From positions 16,336 through 80,335 of IMG/VR virus record IMGVR_UViG_3300042382_000102: a stretch of DNA of 64,000 nucleotides. The stretch is one strand, 5' to 3'. The notes under the pieces are model-generated. The model did no database searches, had not been told where the DNA came from, and saw nothing but the letters and a program-made list of their open reading frames with translations. Each line of letters begins with the position of its first letter. The stretch's first letter is position 1. Below, piece after piece: positions 48,000 to 56,081 of the stretch. The stretch comes from a virus. Made by a program: the position numbers and the translations under genes.

Positions 48000-48298
48000 A
48001 AAAGTTCTTCTAAAATACGCATGTAGTTAGCGGTATACCATAAACCGCCTTGATTATATGGTCTTTGATGTCTATTGTAGTCTTGAATTTCTACTTTACA
48101 CCACACTCGATCTTTGTAACTCAAGTGAGGCGCATTAGGAGTAGAACAGCAATGCCACCCAGGGCGATAAGCGTAGCCAACAGTAGGATGCGATTCTGCT
48201 CCATATAGAACACCTTTTTGTATTTTCTGTTTACGATTAATAAATAATGGACCATAAGTTCCATCTTTACGTTTCTTAAATAGTTTGTATGCAATCAT
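47996..48298 (-). CDS. Hypothetical protein
   Basis: YKLF...RPGWHCC...QGGLWY motif. Confidence 0.65.
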   Translation of the reverse strand: MIAYKLFKKRKDGTYGPLFINRKQKIQKGVLYGAESHPTVGYAYRPGWHCCSTPNAPHLSYKDRVWCKVEIQDYNRHQRPYNQGGLWYTANYMRILEELL

Positions 48299-48564
48299 TA
48301 TGACTTAAAATTTAACCAATCTGGTTCCATAGTTACAAGGTGCTGAATTAACCCGATGTTCTCTACATCAACTAAATCTGCAATCTCTCTAATAAATTCT
48401 CGTTCTCCCATTAATGATTCAATTGTGCAAACAGTATAATCTTCATTATATGAAAAATCATCTCCAAGTTTACACAATAATAACATTTCAAATTCACTAA
48501 TAGAATCAGTGAATGTTATAGTATATTCAGAAGTAACCAAGAACTGCTCCAATGAAGGGTACAA
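48298..48564 (-). CDS. Hypothetical acidic protein
   Basis: TTG start with GGAG RBS. Confidence 0.5.
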   Translation of the reverse strand: MYPSLEQFLVTSEYTITFTDSISEFEMLLLCKLGDDFSYNEDYTVCTIESLMGEREFIREIADLVDVENIGLIQHLVTMEPDWLNFKS

Positions 48565-48699
48565 AGACTCCGATTATACGACCGATAATCCAACCAAGTG
48601 GGGTATCAGCATTCATGAATAAAATAGCTACAAAGTTTGCTATCCAACCATAAATAGATGCTATTACAATACCTAATCCTACTAAACCTGCAAATATAT

Positions 48700-48837
48700 T
48701 CATTTACCTTGTCCTCGATAGCGTTTAAATGATCGACGTTGTGTCTTGGTCATTGTTGATGTTTTAGGTCGTGAACCACCTTGTGAAGTTCGTTTAACAA
48801 TGCCCTTAACTGTTTCTTTTCCAATTTTCTTTGCCAT
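48700..48837 (-). CDS. Small basic protein ending KRYRGQGK
   Basis: 45 aa with AAGGA RBS; not in ORF track. Confidence 0.6.
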   Translation of the reverse strand: MAKKIGKETVKGIVKRTSQGGSRPKTSTMTKTQRRSFKRYRGQGK

Positions 48838-48850
48838 ATATTCCTTTAAT

Positions 48851-48925
48851 TGGTCCCTCTTGTAGGAATCGAACCTACATTAATAACTTAGAAGGTTACT
48901 GTTCTATCCATTGAACTAAAGAGAG
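48851..48925 (-). tRNA. tRNA-Arg(TCT)
   Basis: Complete cloverleaf: CTCTCTT/AAGAGGG acceptor, anticodon loop CTTCTAA, GTTCGATTC, encoded CCA. Confidence 0.93.
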
Positions 48926-48927
48926 TG

Positions 48928-49002
48928 TGGTGGGACAAGTAGGAATTGAACCTACACTCAATCGATTATGAGTCGACTGCTTTACCATTAAGCTATTATC
49001 CC
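48928..49002 (-). tRNA. tRNA with CAT anticodon, probably tRNA-Ile2 (alternatively Met)
   Basis: Complete cloverleaf with CCA; anticodon arm GTCGA-CTCATAA-TCGAT and TTCAA T loop resemble bacterial Ile2. Confidence 0.85.
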
Positions 49003-49006
49003 TGAT

Positions 49007-49030
49007 AAAATAGGAGACCTAAGTCCCCTA
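49007..49030 (-). terminator. Terminator or processing hairpin after SSB gene
   Basis: TAGGGGAC-TTAG-GTCTCCTA-TTTT. Confidence 0.55.
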
Positions 49031-49038
49031 ATTGCTAA

Positions 49039-49539
49039 TTAATAAGGACTATCTTCAAAGTCATCACTACCATTTGCATCTGCTACTCTTACAATCTCTG
49101 TTTCAGTAAGTTCAAAGTCATCACCAGAAGATCTAGGGATATATTCTTTCAACTTAGTAATCTGCACAGCCATTAGCATAGATGCAATCTTATTCTCTGG
49201 TGGATACTCATACTGGAAAATCTTTACATTAGCAATAGAACCATTACCAATACTAGCAGGATCAATTGCAGTTAAAGAACCATCAACTACAGTTACTGGT
49301 TGATTGTCAGCACCATCTTTCTTTTTAGACTTTTTACGAAGAGTTACAGAATAAAATACTCCATCATCATCTTCTACTGTTTTAGGCTTTAAGTTAAGTG
49401 CTACCCATTCTGCTTTAACTTTCTTGTCTCGAGTGCGAATCTGAACATCCCATGTAGGTTGTTCTTTGTTAAATTTAGAATTAGGTCTCTTGGGGTCTAA
49501 TTGTGCCCAGAATAACTCAACATTTTTTAAAATAGCCAT
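49039..49539 (-). CDS. Single-stranded DNA-binding protein (T7 gp2.5-like)
   Basis: IGNGSIANV, AVQITKLKEY, acidic tail ending in an aromatic residue. Confidence 0.75.
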   Translation of the reverse strand: MAILKNVELFWAQLDPKRPNSKFNKEQPTWDVQIRTRDKKVKAEWVALNLKPKTVEDDDGVFYSVTLRKKSKKKDGADNQPVTVVDGSLTAIDPASIGNGSIANVKIFQYEYPPENKIASMLMAVQITKLKEYIPRSSGDDFELTETEIVRVADANGSDDFEDSPY

Positions 49540-49606
49540 AGGTTTTAGTTTCCTTAATTATAATTTCATTTTTAATATTTAGTATACAATTGAATTTGCA
49601 TACGTT

Positions 49607-49630
49607 AGTGCTTTAGCGTACCCTGGTAAA
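49607..49630 (-). promoter_or_regulatory. Phage RNAP promoter (SP6-like), copy 4, heading the replication genes
   Basis: TTTACCAGGGTACGCTAAAGCACT immediately after the RNAP stop codon. Confidence 0.75.
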
Positions 49631-49632
49631 AC

Positions 49633-51801
49633 TTAACAAAAAGCATAATCAGAATACACAATCTGACCGACATCTAGATTACCCCTTTCAGGAATAAGGT
49701 CTTTACAGTCGAGTTCAGCAAGCAATTTTTCAAGAGGTTTACTTTTGTAAAACTCAACAAACTGTTCTCTTACTCTATAAAACAAATCATCCATTCGTCC
49801 TGGTAAAGTACCAAAAGAATCATGAACAACAGTCATTTCATAAGGAGCAGATACAACAGTCATTGTTAGGTGAGCAGCATCAAAGCTATGAACAATGTTT
49901 GGTGCAGCACCTGTTCTTTGGGAATCTTTATTAATAGTTGTTTCTTCCCAAGTTTGAAGTTGAATCTTTAATTCTTCTTCTCCGTACTTCAACTTAGTAC
50001 GTACAATAGATGGCTTACGATATGCCTGTACAACTGGGAAGTTAGTTACAGGTGTAGTCCATTTTAGAAACACTTCTTTTTCATTAGATCTTTGTGCAAG
50101 ATCCTGAAACATACGCAACATAGTGGCTGGTCCTTTGAGTTTCTCATAACAAGTCTCAAATACCAGATCACCTAATAGCGCACCCCAGAGGTGTTCCTTG
50201 TCACGAAGATACTCAGACATATCACGAGTGTCATCAATAATTTGTTGACCCATGCCGTATGCAGTACCACCGTAACCGAGTGTCATTACATTTCTCTTTA
50301 CTACTTTCCGTTGATCTTTAGGGTTATCGATTTTAAGCCAGTAAACAGGAAATAATTTTTCTCGTATTGCTCTATTTTGATTACGCCATTCTTGGGCAGC
50401 AGCATAGGCTAATGCTTTTTGCTCTGTCTTTTCAGGTGCATCAAAATAAGCTTTTTGTAGTTCTTTAGCTTTACCATAAACAGAGTCAAACTGACCTCTT
50501 TCTTCAGGTGTTAGCTTGTCTGCCATCTCTTGTAAATGTTCCCATACATATTTTGCAATATACATGTAGACATCACCAGGAAGCTCTTGTGGAACTAAAT
50601 TTACTAATGGAGCAATATCTTCATCCTGAGACATAGCTACTAGATGTTGAACTCCGTTATTAGAACCATCAATGTAAACAGGAAGTGAACATTCATATTC
50701 TTCTAACTTATTTCCTTCCATTAGCCACTCCTTAATCTTCTTTAACTCATAACAAGCAGCTAAGAAAGAAAATGGGGCATCAGTATCAATCCAACCTTGG
50801 TTAATAGTTGGCTTCTCTGCATAAGATAAAAATAAATTAATATTCTCATCTACAAACTCTGCTCTTTGTTTTAGTGTAACTTTGTCATTACCGAAAGAGT
50901 TAGAGGTATGTACTTTTAACCAGAATAAACCATTTTCTCCAAGTGGTGCTGGTTGATCTAATAAGAGTAAACCTTTAGCATTATCACTAGATTGCTCATG
51001 CAAGAATGCTGTATTCACATATACACGACCACGAAAATCGAAGTTATACATATGATAAAAGGTATTATCTAAATGGTTTGAAGCTAGTTGTTCAATAGCC
51101 TCAGCTTCAATCAGCAGAGATTTCTTTTTCTCTTCATCAATTTCAGAATGTAATTTAAATGGACTAACTGAATTTTCCTTATGAAGAAAATGTTGATAAA
51201 CTTTAAATACATCTTTGTTAATGCGCCATCCTGTAGCTTGTAATTTATTTAGAACATTGTAAAGTATTTCTTTATCATTATTCTTAAATTGTGCTAATGC
51301 TGTAGAGTGACCTTTCTTAATAATAGGAACACCTAAATTATTATGAGCAGAATCCCATGGGCATGGGGCTTCTCTCATGGGAAAGATATCAACTTTAGTT
51401 TGATCAATTAGACTCCATAAGTCTTTAATTGATTTCCAATCTTTAACTTGAAAGAAATAAGCTTGGTACTTACTCTTCTTGCCATTCTTGTATGTATACT
51501 TTAATTTAAAAGATAAAACATTACATTCAATATAAGCAATACACACAAACCAGCCGACTTGTGCATCAAAGATTGTGTCATTAGGTAATTCAAGAGTTTG
51601 TCGAATTCTCCTGCCAATAGTAGCAATAATGTCTACTAAAGTACCTTGTCTCTCAAGTCCACGTAATACATGAGGATATGAGATGTCTATTAGTGTCTTT
51701 GGATCTACATCTTTCAAGTAGTGAGTATAGATATTTCTATCTGAACGCAACGTAGCTTGACGTAGCTTAATATCATTAACTAATTTATCTAGAACGGTCA
51801 T
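49633..51801 (-). CDS. T7/SP6-type single-subunit DNA-directed RNA polymerase
   Basis: DFRGRVY, DGSNNGVQH, RKVVKRNVMTLGYG, APNIVHSFD, VHDSFGT. Confidence 0.96.
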   Translation of the reverse strand: MTVLDKLVNDIKLRQATLRSDRNIYTHYLKDVDPKTLIDISYPHVLRGLERQGTLVDIIATIGRRIRQTLELPNDTIFDAQVGWFVCIAYIECNVLSFKLKYTYKNGKKSKYQAYFFQVKDWKSIKDLWSLIDQTKVDIFPMREAPCPWDSAHNNLGVPIIKKGHSTALAQFKNNDKEILYNVLNKLQATGWRINKDVFKVYQHFLHKENSVSPFKLHSEIDEEKKKSLLIEAEAIEQLASNHLDNTFYHMYNFDFRGRVYVNTAFLHEQSSDNAKGLLLLDQPAPLGENGLFWLKVHTSNSFGNDKVTLKQRAEFVDENINLFLSYAEKPTINQGWIDTDAPFSFLAACYELKKIKEWLMEGNKLEEYECSLPVYIDGSNNGVQHLVAMSQDEDIAPLVNLVPQELPGDVYMYIAKYVWEHLQEMADKLTPEERGQFDSVYGKAKELQKAYFDAPEKTEQKALAYAAAQEWRNQNRAIREKLFPVYWLKIDNPKDQRKVVKRNVMTLGYGGTAYGMGQQIIDDTRDMSEYLRDKEHLWGALLGDLVFETCYEKLKGPATMLRMFQDLAQRSNEKEVFLKWTTPVTNFPVVQAYRKPSIVRTKLKYGEEELKIQLQTWEETTINKDSQRTGAAPNIVHSFDAAHLTMTVVSAPYEMTVVHDSFGTLPGRMDDLFYRVREQFVEFYKSKPLEKLLAELDCKDLIPERGNLDVGQIVYSDYAFC

Positions 51802-52002
51802 TTAGGCAAATTCGAAAGCTGTTTGATGATTTGATTGTGTTGTTTCCTTGTTGTTTAACTTTTTATAGAGCCAGATAATAAAGGTCTCTAGTAAAAGAAC
51901 TAAAACTTCAAATAGGATTGCTTTTGTCATTATTATTATTATATCCTGTTTTTGATTAAAAAATTCAGAAGAACCCCAAGGCATCTAGCCTCGGGGATCT
52001 TT

Positions 52003-52212
52003 TTAGGAAGCTAATTTAGCGTCCATTGGTAGTTCAGTAGCCTCTACTTCAACTATACCATTTTTTCTATCTTGATACCATGTAACTACTTTATTAGCCA
52101 CATAGAAAGATAAACCGATAACTAAAACTTCCTTAGCAAAATTCAAGGTAAGAAGTGCAGCTAAGAAGCCAAGCAACCAACCAAGAAAGTAACCAACTGT
52201 TGTTAAAGCCAT
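52003..52212 (-). CDS. Early membrane protein
   Basis: Hydrophobic 69 aa; GGAG RBS. Confidence 0.55.
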   Translation of the reverse strand: MALTTVGYFLGWLLGFLAALLTLNFAKEVLVIGLSFYVANKVVTWYQDRKNGIVEVEATELPMDAKLAS

Positions 52213-52358
52213 TTTAATACTCCATTAAATAAAAGGTTTTGGAAAGGGACCACTGAATAAAATTAAAAAGATATAAGCAATTAGTACTATAAAAAATAAT
52301 GGTCTAGCCACTACAAATAGTACAAACATAATAAGCAAAAATATTACAAAGAGGCTCA

Positions 52359-52604
52359 TTACTTCCTCATTGTATTAACATGGCCTACTAGCTTAAATCT
52401 TTGGTTTATGTGAGCTAACGGATTAACTTTCCATAAATCTAGTTCTTGACCAACTTTATCAAAGAAGTCTAAACTATGTGGTTCATAACGAACTTTGATG
52501 TAATTAACGATCTCTTTGCTGACTTGGTAGACATAACCTTCCTCATCAGCAATTCGAACACTAGAATACACAGGTGGACATTTAGTACACATTTTAAACT
52601 CCAA
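52359..52604 (-). CDS. Early hypothetical protein
   Basis: ORF track; probable start MCTKC. Confidence 0.5.
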   Translation of the reverse strand: MEFKMCTKCPPVYSSVRIADEEGYVYQVSKEIVNYIKVRYEPHSLDFFDKVGQELDLWKVNPLAHINQRFKLVGHVNTMRK

Positions 52605-52848
52605 GTTTTTTATCTACAAAAACTAAATCTTCAATTGCTTTAAAGAGCCTACTAAAGTCTTCAGCAGATTCTGTAATAACCGAAGCTACAGTTTCTCCAA
52701 CCATATATGCTGATTTAACATCATACAATGAAGGAGAAACAACTTTCTGTAAGAAGTCATCATAGACAGTTACTTGAACTGAATCAAATAAATTCTCTTG
52801 AATAGCTTCAATAGTATAGTCACCTGATTTTAGAGTCAATCTTGGCAT
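52594..52848 (-). CDS. Early hypothetical protein
   Basis: ORF track; GAGG RBS. Confidence 0.55.
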   Translation of the reverse strand: MPRLTLKSGDYTIEAIQENLFDSVQVTVYDDFLQKVVSPSLYDVKSAYMVGETVASVITESAEDFSRLFKAIEDLVFVDKKLGV

Positions 52849-52850
52849 TT

Positions 52851-53144
52851 TTAATCCTCAATTTTCTGATCATATATAGAAGTGAATTCAATAATAGAAC
52901 CATCGAGTTCAACTTCAGTACACATTCTTTCAATTAAAAACTTAGAGTTACTTGTTGCATAGATTGCAGGTATACCTTTAGTATCATTTGAGAATATATA
53001 AGTTAATCCAAACTCTTCTAACGATTCAATTACCTCTTGTGCAGTAACTCCAAAGTTATCCCCATAAAGTGGATTCAACAATAAGTACTTAGGCATAGAT
53101 TTTTCCTTATCAAGCTCTTTAATTCGATTTGAATTGCTACTCAT
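52851..53144 (-). CDS. Early hypothetical protein
   Basis: ORF track. Confidence 0.55.
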   Translation of the reverse strand: MSSNSNRIKELDKEKSMPKYLLLNPLYGDNFGVTAQEVIESLEEFGLTYIFSNDTKGIPAIYATSNSKFLIERMCTEVELDGSIIEFTSIYDQKIED

Positions 53145-53484
53145 TTACAATTACCTTTATTAATAAACTAGCGCATCAAGACCATGTAATACCAAAGCAC
53201 ATAGGCCTAAGCCAATAGCAATAGCAGTAACAACATCCATAAATGTTTCAGATTCAAAAAACTTTTTCATTTTAAACTTTCTTAGAGTGAACAATTATAT
53301 TTCAATATCCAACTGTTTTGCAGATGGTATAGAAATCAAACAACCGCATGATCAAAAGACCAACAGCCAAACCAGCAAAAAATGTCAATACAATCATATA
53401 ACCTTTCAAGTTAATAGAGATTAGAGTCCTATCTTTTAAGATATTCTTCTATTATAGATACATCATTTTTCTCACTTTTTTTGA

Positions 53485-53517
53485 TAAAAAAGGCCACCCT
53501 TTCGAGTGACCGTTTTT
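53485..53517 (-). terminator. Intrinsic terminator closing the late/bilin transcript before the early region
   Basis: GGTCACTC-GAAA-GGGTGGCC-TTTTTT. Confidence 0.8.
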
Positions 53518-53603
53518 AATTTGTTTCGCAATACCATTTAATATACTCTTTAGTATACCAATAAAATATTGGAGGTACAGTTAGTAGTGCTAAGTATTCC
53601 ATA

Positions 53604-54290
53604 TTATACCTCTGGAAAAAGACATTCTTGAATAAACTTGTTTACTGTTGCTTCATCGAAGCCTAATGATTGCATAACTCTAGGCGTGTGAGGATTTTTC
53701 TTTTGATTTTGACAATACCAATTTTGTTGTTCAGTAAAATTAAAATTTTCTACTTTATACTCATAACTATGTTGAGCATTTAGTATATGTAGCGTGTCTA
53801 AATATTTTTCTAATGATCTCTTAGACAAATCTAATACTTCATTTAGTTCAAACTCAGAGTTAATATTACCAGCAGCTACCATTGATGGACTAAAAATATT
53901 CCTAGCCCATTCGGGTAAGTCTCTTGGTTTACTCCACTCATAATCTTTTACTTCATTAGCAAACCACTTAACTAGCTCATGATCTTTATTTCCTGATGGA
54001 CTAAAGTCATGGAATGCTCCAGTAACTTTTGTTGGACCAGCTATTAAATCAAAACCATAGATAGGTGCATCTGAATAAATCTTTGGAAATACACAAAGAT
54101 GCATCATGAGAAGTTTCTTAGTATCCCTTGCATCTACAACATCTAAATGTGCTCTACGAATATTACCACTAATATAGATTTTATTTTCCCAAGGAAATGG
54201 ATGAGTCTCTTCAGATAAGAAAGTTCTTGACTCTAATATATCTTTAAAGTCTTGTGTATGCTTCTCTAGTTTACTGAATATTATACTCAT
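53604..54290 (-). CDS. pcyX: Ferredoxin-dependent bilin reductase (PcyA/PcyX family)
   Basis: RRAHLD, MMHLCVFP, PIYGFDLI, AFHDFSP, RDLPEWARNIFS, QNWYCQNQKKNPHT, CLFP; adjacent to heme oxygenase. Confidence 0.85.
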   Translation of the reverse strand: MSIIFSKLEKHTQDFKDILESRTFLSEETHPFPWENKIYISGNIRRAHLDVVDARDTKKLLMMHLCVFPKIYSDAPIYGFDLIAGPTKVTGAFHDFSPSGNKDHELVKWFANEVKDYEWSKPRDLPEWARNIFSPSMVAAGNINSEFELNEVLDLSKRSLEKYLDTLHILNAQHSYEYKVENFNFTEQQNWYCQNQKKNPHTPRVMQSLGFDEATVNKFIQECLFPEV

Positions 54291-54807
54291 CAGCTAACTC
54301 ATCAAATAGTTGTGTTGCAAAGGCAAAGACTATTTTGGCTTCATCAGCTAAATCGTCTGTAAGCTTTTCTCTTACAGTAGCAATAAGCTCTGCTCGGTTA
54401 TAAAATTCATACATAGTACCATTTCCTGGAACTAGTTTCTTTAACATTTGACCACCATACATATCACCAAAATGGCGTACATATAAGTGAGCAAGTAGTT
54501 GTTCTTTAGTACAGGTCTTTACATATTCACAATAGTTCATTGTACTCATATGTAAATGTTGTCTTGACTTGTCTCTATGCAGATCTCGTAGATCTTGTGC
54601 AATTTTTGCTGTACGTTTAATAGGTCCAATATCATCTAATAAACCTAATACCTCAGCAGTTTGTTCTAATGCAGCATAACAATGTTTTTGATTAAACAAA
54701 AAGTCACCATACTCTTCTTTTGTAATTTGTCCTGCAAATAACTTTTTTACAAAAGGATGATTCTCTGCACTATCATGTGCATCTTTAATTAATTCTCGTA
54801 ATGCCAT
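54271..54807 (-). CDS. hemO: Heme oxygenase
   Basis: Proximal His in KDAHDSAE; AHLYVRHFGDMYGGQML distal helix; EAKIVF. Confidence 0.9.
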   Translation of the reverse strand: MALRELIKDAHDSAENHPFVKKLFAGQITKEEYGDFLFNQKHCYAALEQTAEVLGLLDDIGPIKRTAKIAQDLRDLHRDKSRQHLHMSTMNYCEYVKTCTKEQLLAHLYVRHFGDMYGGQMLKKLVPGNGTMYEFYNRAELIATVREKLTDDLADEAKIVFAFATQLFDELADEYNIQ

Positions 54808-54821
54808 TTAAACTCCTTAAT

Positions 54822-54850
54822 AAAACAGGGAACCGAAGTTCCCCGTTTTT
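54822..54850 (-). terminator. Terminator-like hairpin between tail genes and heme oxygenase
   Basis: ACGGGGAAC-TTCG-GTTCCCTGT-TTT. Confidence 0.7.
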
Positions 54851-54855
54851 AATAC

Positions 54856-55287
54856 TTACTTAGATGGTTCTGTTGGAACCGTTACTTCTGTTGGATGTGT
54901 TGCATCGGCAAAAGTTTCAGGCATATCTCTTAATGCCTGACGATACTCTGCCCATTCTGCTTTCTTTTCTGCTGATAGTGGTGTATCAGGTAACTGTGTC
55001 CAGTCTGATTTAGTTAATAGAAAATCTCTTAAACCACGAATACCAACTTGAACTTGTTCAATAGTGATTTCTGGTAGGTTTTCTTCAGGCATATACTCAA
55101 TATAGCCTAATTCTGTAAAACCTACTGTATCTTTTAAACCTGTTCTTTCAAGAACTGATTGATAGGACATAGGTCCTTCTAGTACAACCCCATCTACAAC
55201 ATAATTAAATAAAACATTATCCATTACATATCTCCTGTACCTGTTGATGGGAATGATCGGTTTGGTCCCCAAATAATGCGAACACAC
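54856..55287 (-). CDS. Tail fibre assembly chaperone-like protein
   Basis: RDFLLTKSDWTQLPD...WAEYRQALRDMP; probable start MDNVLF at 55224. Confidence 0.75.
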   Translation of the reverse strand: MCSHYLGTKPIIPINRYRRYVMDNVLFNYVVDGVVLEGPMSYQSVLERTGLKDTVGFTELGYIEYMPEENLPEITIEQVQVGIRGLRDFLLTKSDWTQLPDTPLSAEKKAEWAEYRQALRDMPETFADATHPTEVTVPTEPSK

Positions 55288-56078
55288 CCTCTTCCACCAC
55301 GATTAATCTGGTAACCCATATATTGATTACTACCAGTGCCACCAGCACCGCCTCCATATAAACCACCATCTCTACGATGGAAACCATAACTAATCCATGG
55401 ATTTTCACCCATTAATCCATCTTCACCTCCAGAGCCACCTCTTCCAGGTCCTCCAGAACTTCCACCTGAGCCAGAAGAGCCTTGACCAAAAGGGCCAGTA
55501 CCCCCACCTGATGGGCCGCCATAAGTAGAGCTGTAAGAACCACCACCTCCAGCACCTCCACCATTACCTGCAGAGTCCTGAGTTCCACCATTACCAGTGT
55601 AACCTCCAGCACCACCTCCACCATATTGGGCACCGCTTCCTCCATTACCACCGCCTGCGCCAGTCCAGGTACCTCCGCTAGTACCTGATGCTCCGCCTCC
55701 TCTAACAGTACCAGTGTCAATAAAATAGCTATCAGTACCACTATATTGATAACCGTAGCCATCACCCCCTTTACCAACTACTACAGTATAGTTTTGGCCA
55801 GGTACTACAGGAATATTATTTTTCCAACCTAATCCTCCACCACCACCAGCTTGGGATGACCATTGTGAACCTTGAGTAGAAGAACCTCCACCAATACAAA
55901 CAACAGATACACTGGTTACTCCTGGAGGACAAGTCCAAGTATAAGTTCCACTACCAAAACCATAAAAGGCTTGTCCAATTGGGGTAGAAGAACTAGAGGA
56001 AGAGGAAGAAGAAGAACTACTTGTAGCCCCTCCTACTACCCCTAGTCTATTATCAATTGTAGTTAAAAATCTACTCAT
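55224..56078 (-). CDS. Glycine-rich tail/adhesin-like protein
   Basis: WTCPPGVTSVSVVCIGGG, YTVVVGKGG, GGRGCVRIIWG. Confidence 0.75.
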   Translation of the reverse strand: MSRFLTTIDNRLGVVGGATSSSSSSSSSSSSTPIGQAFYGFGSGTYTWTCPPGVTSVSVVCIGGGSSTQGSQWSSQAGGGGGLGWKNNIPVVPGQNYTVVVGKGGDGYGYQYSGTDSYFIDTGTVRGGGASGTSGGTWTGAGGGNGGSGAQYGGGGAGGYTGNGGTQDSAGNGGGAGGGGSYSSTYGGPSGGGTGPFGQGSSGSGGSSGGPGRGGSGGEDGLMGENPWISYGFHRRDGGLYGGGAGGTGSNQYMGYQINRGGRGCVRIIWGPNRSFPSTGTGDM

Positions 56079-56081
56079 AAA

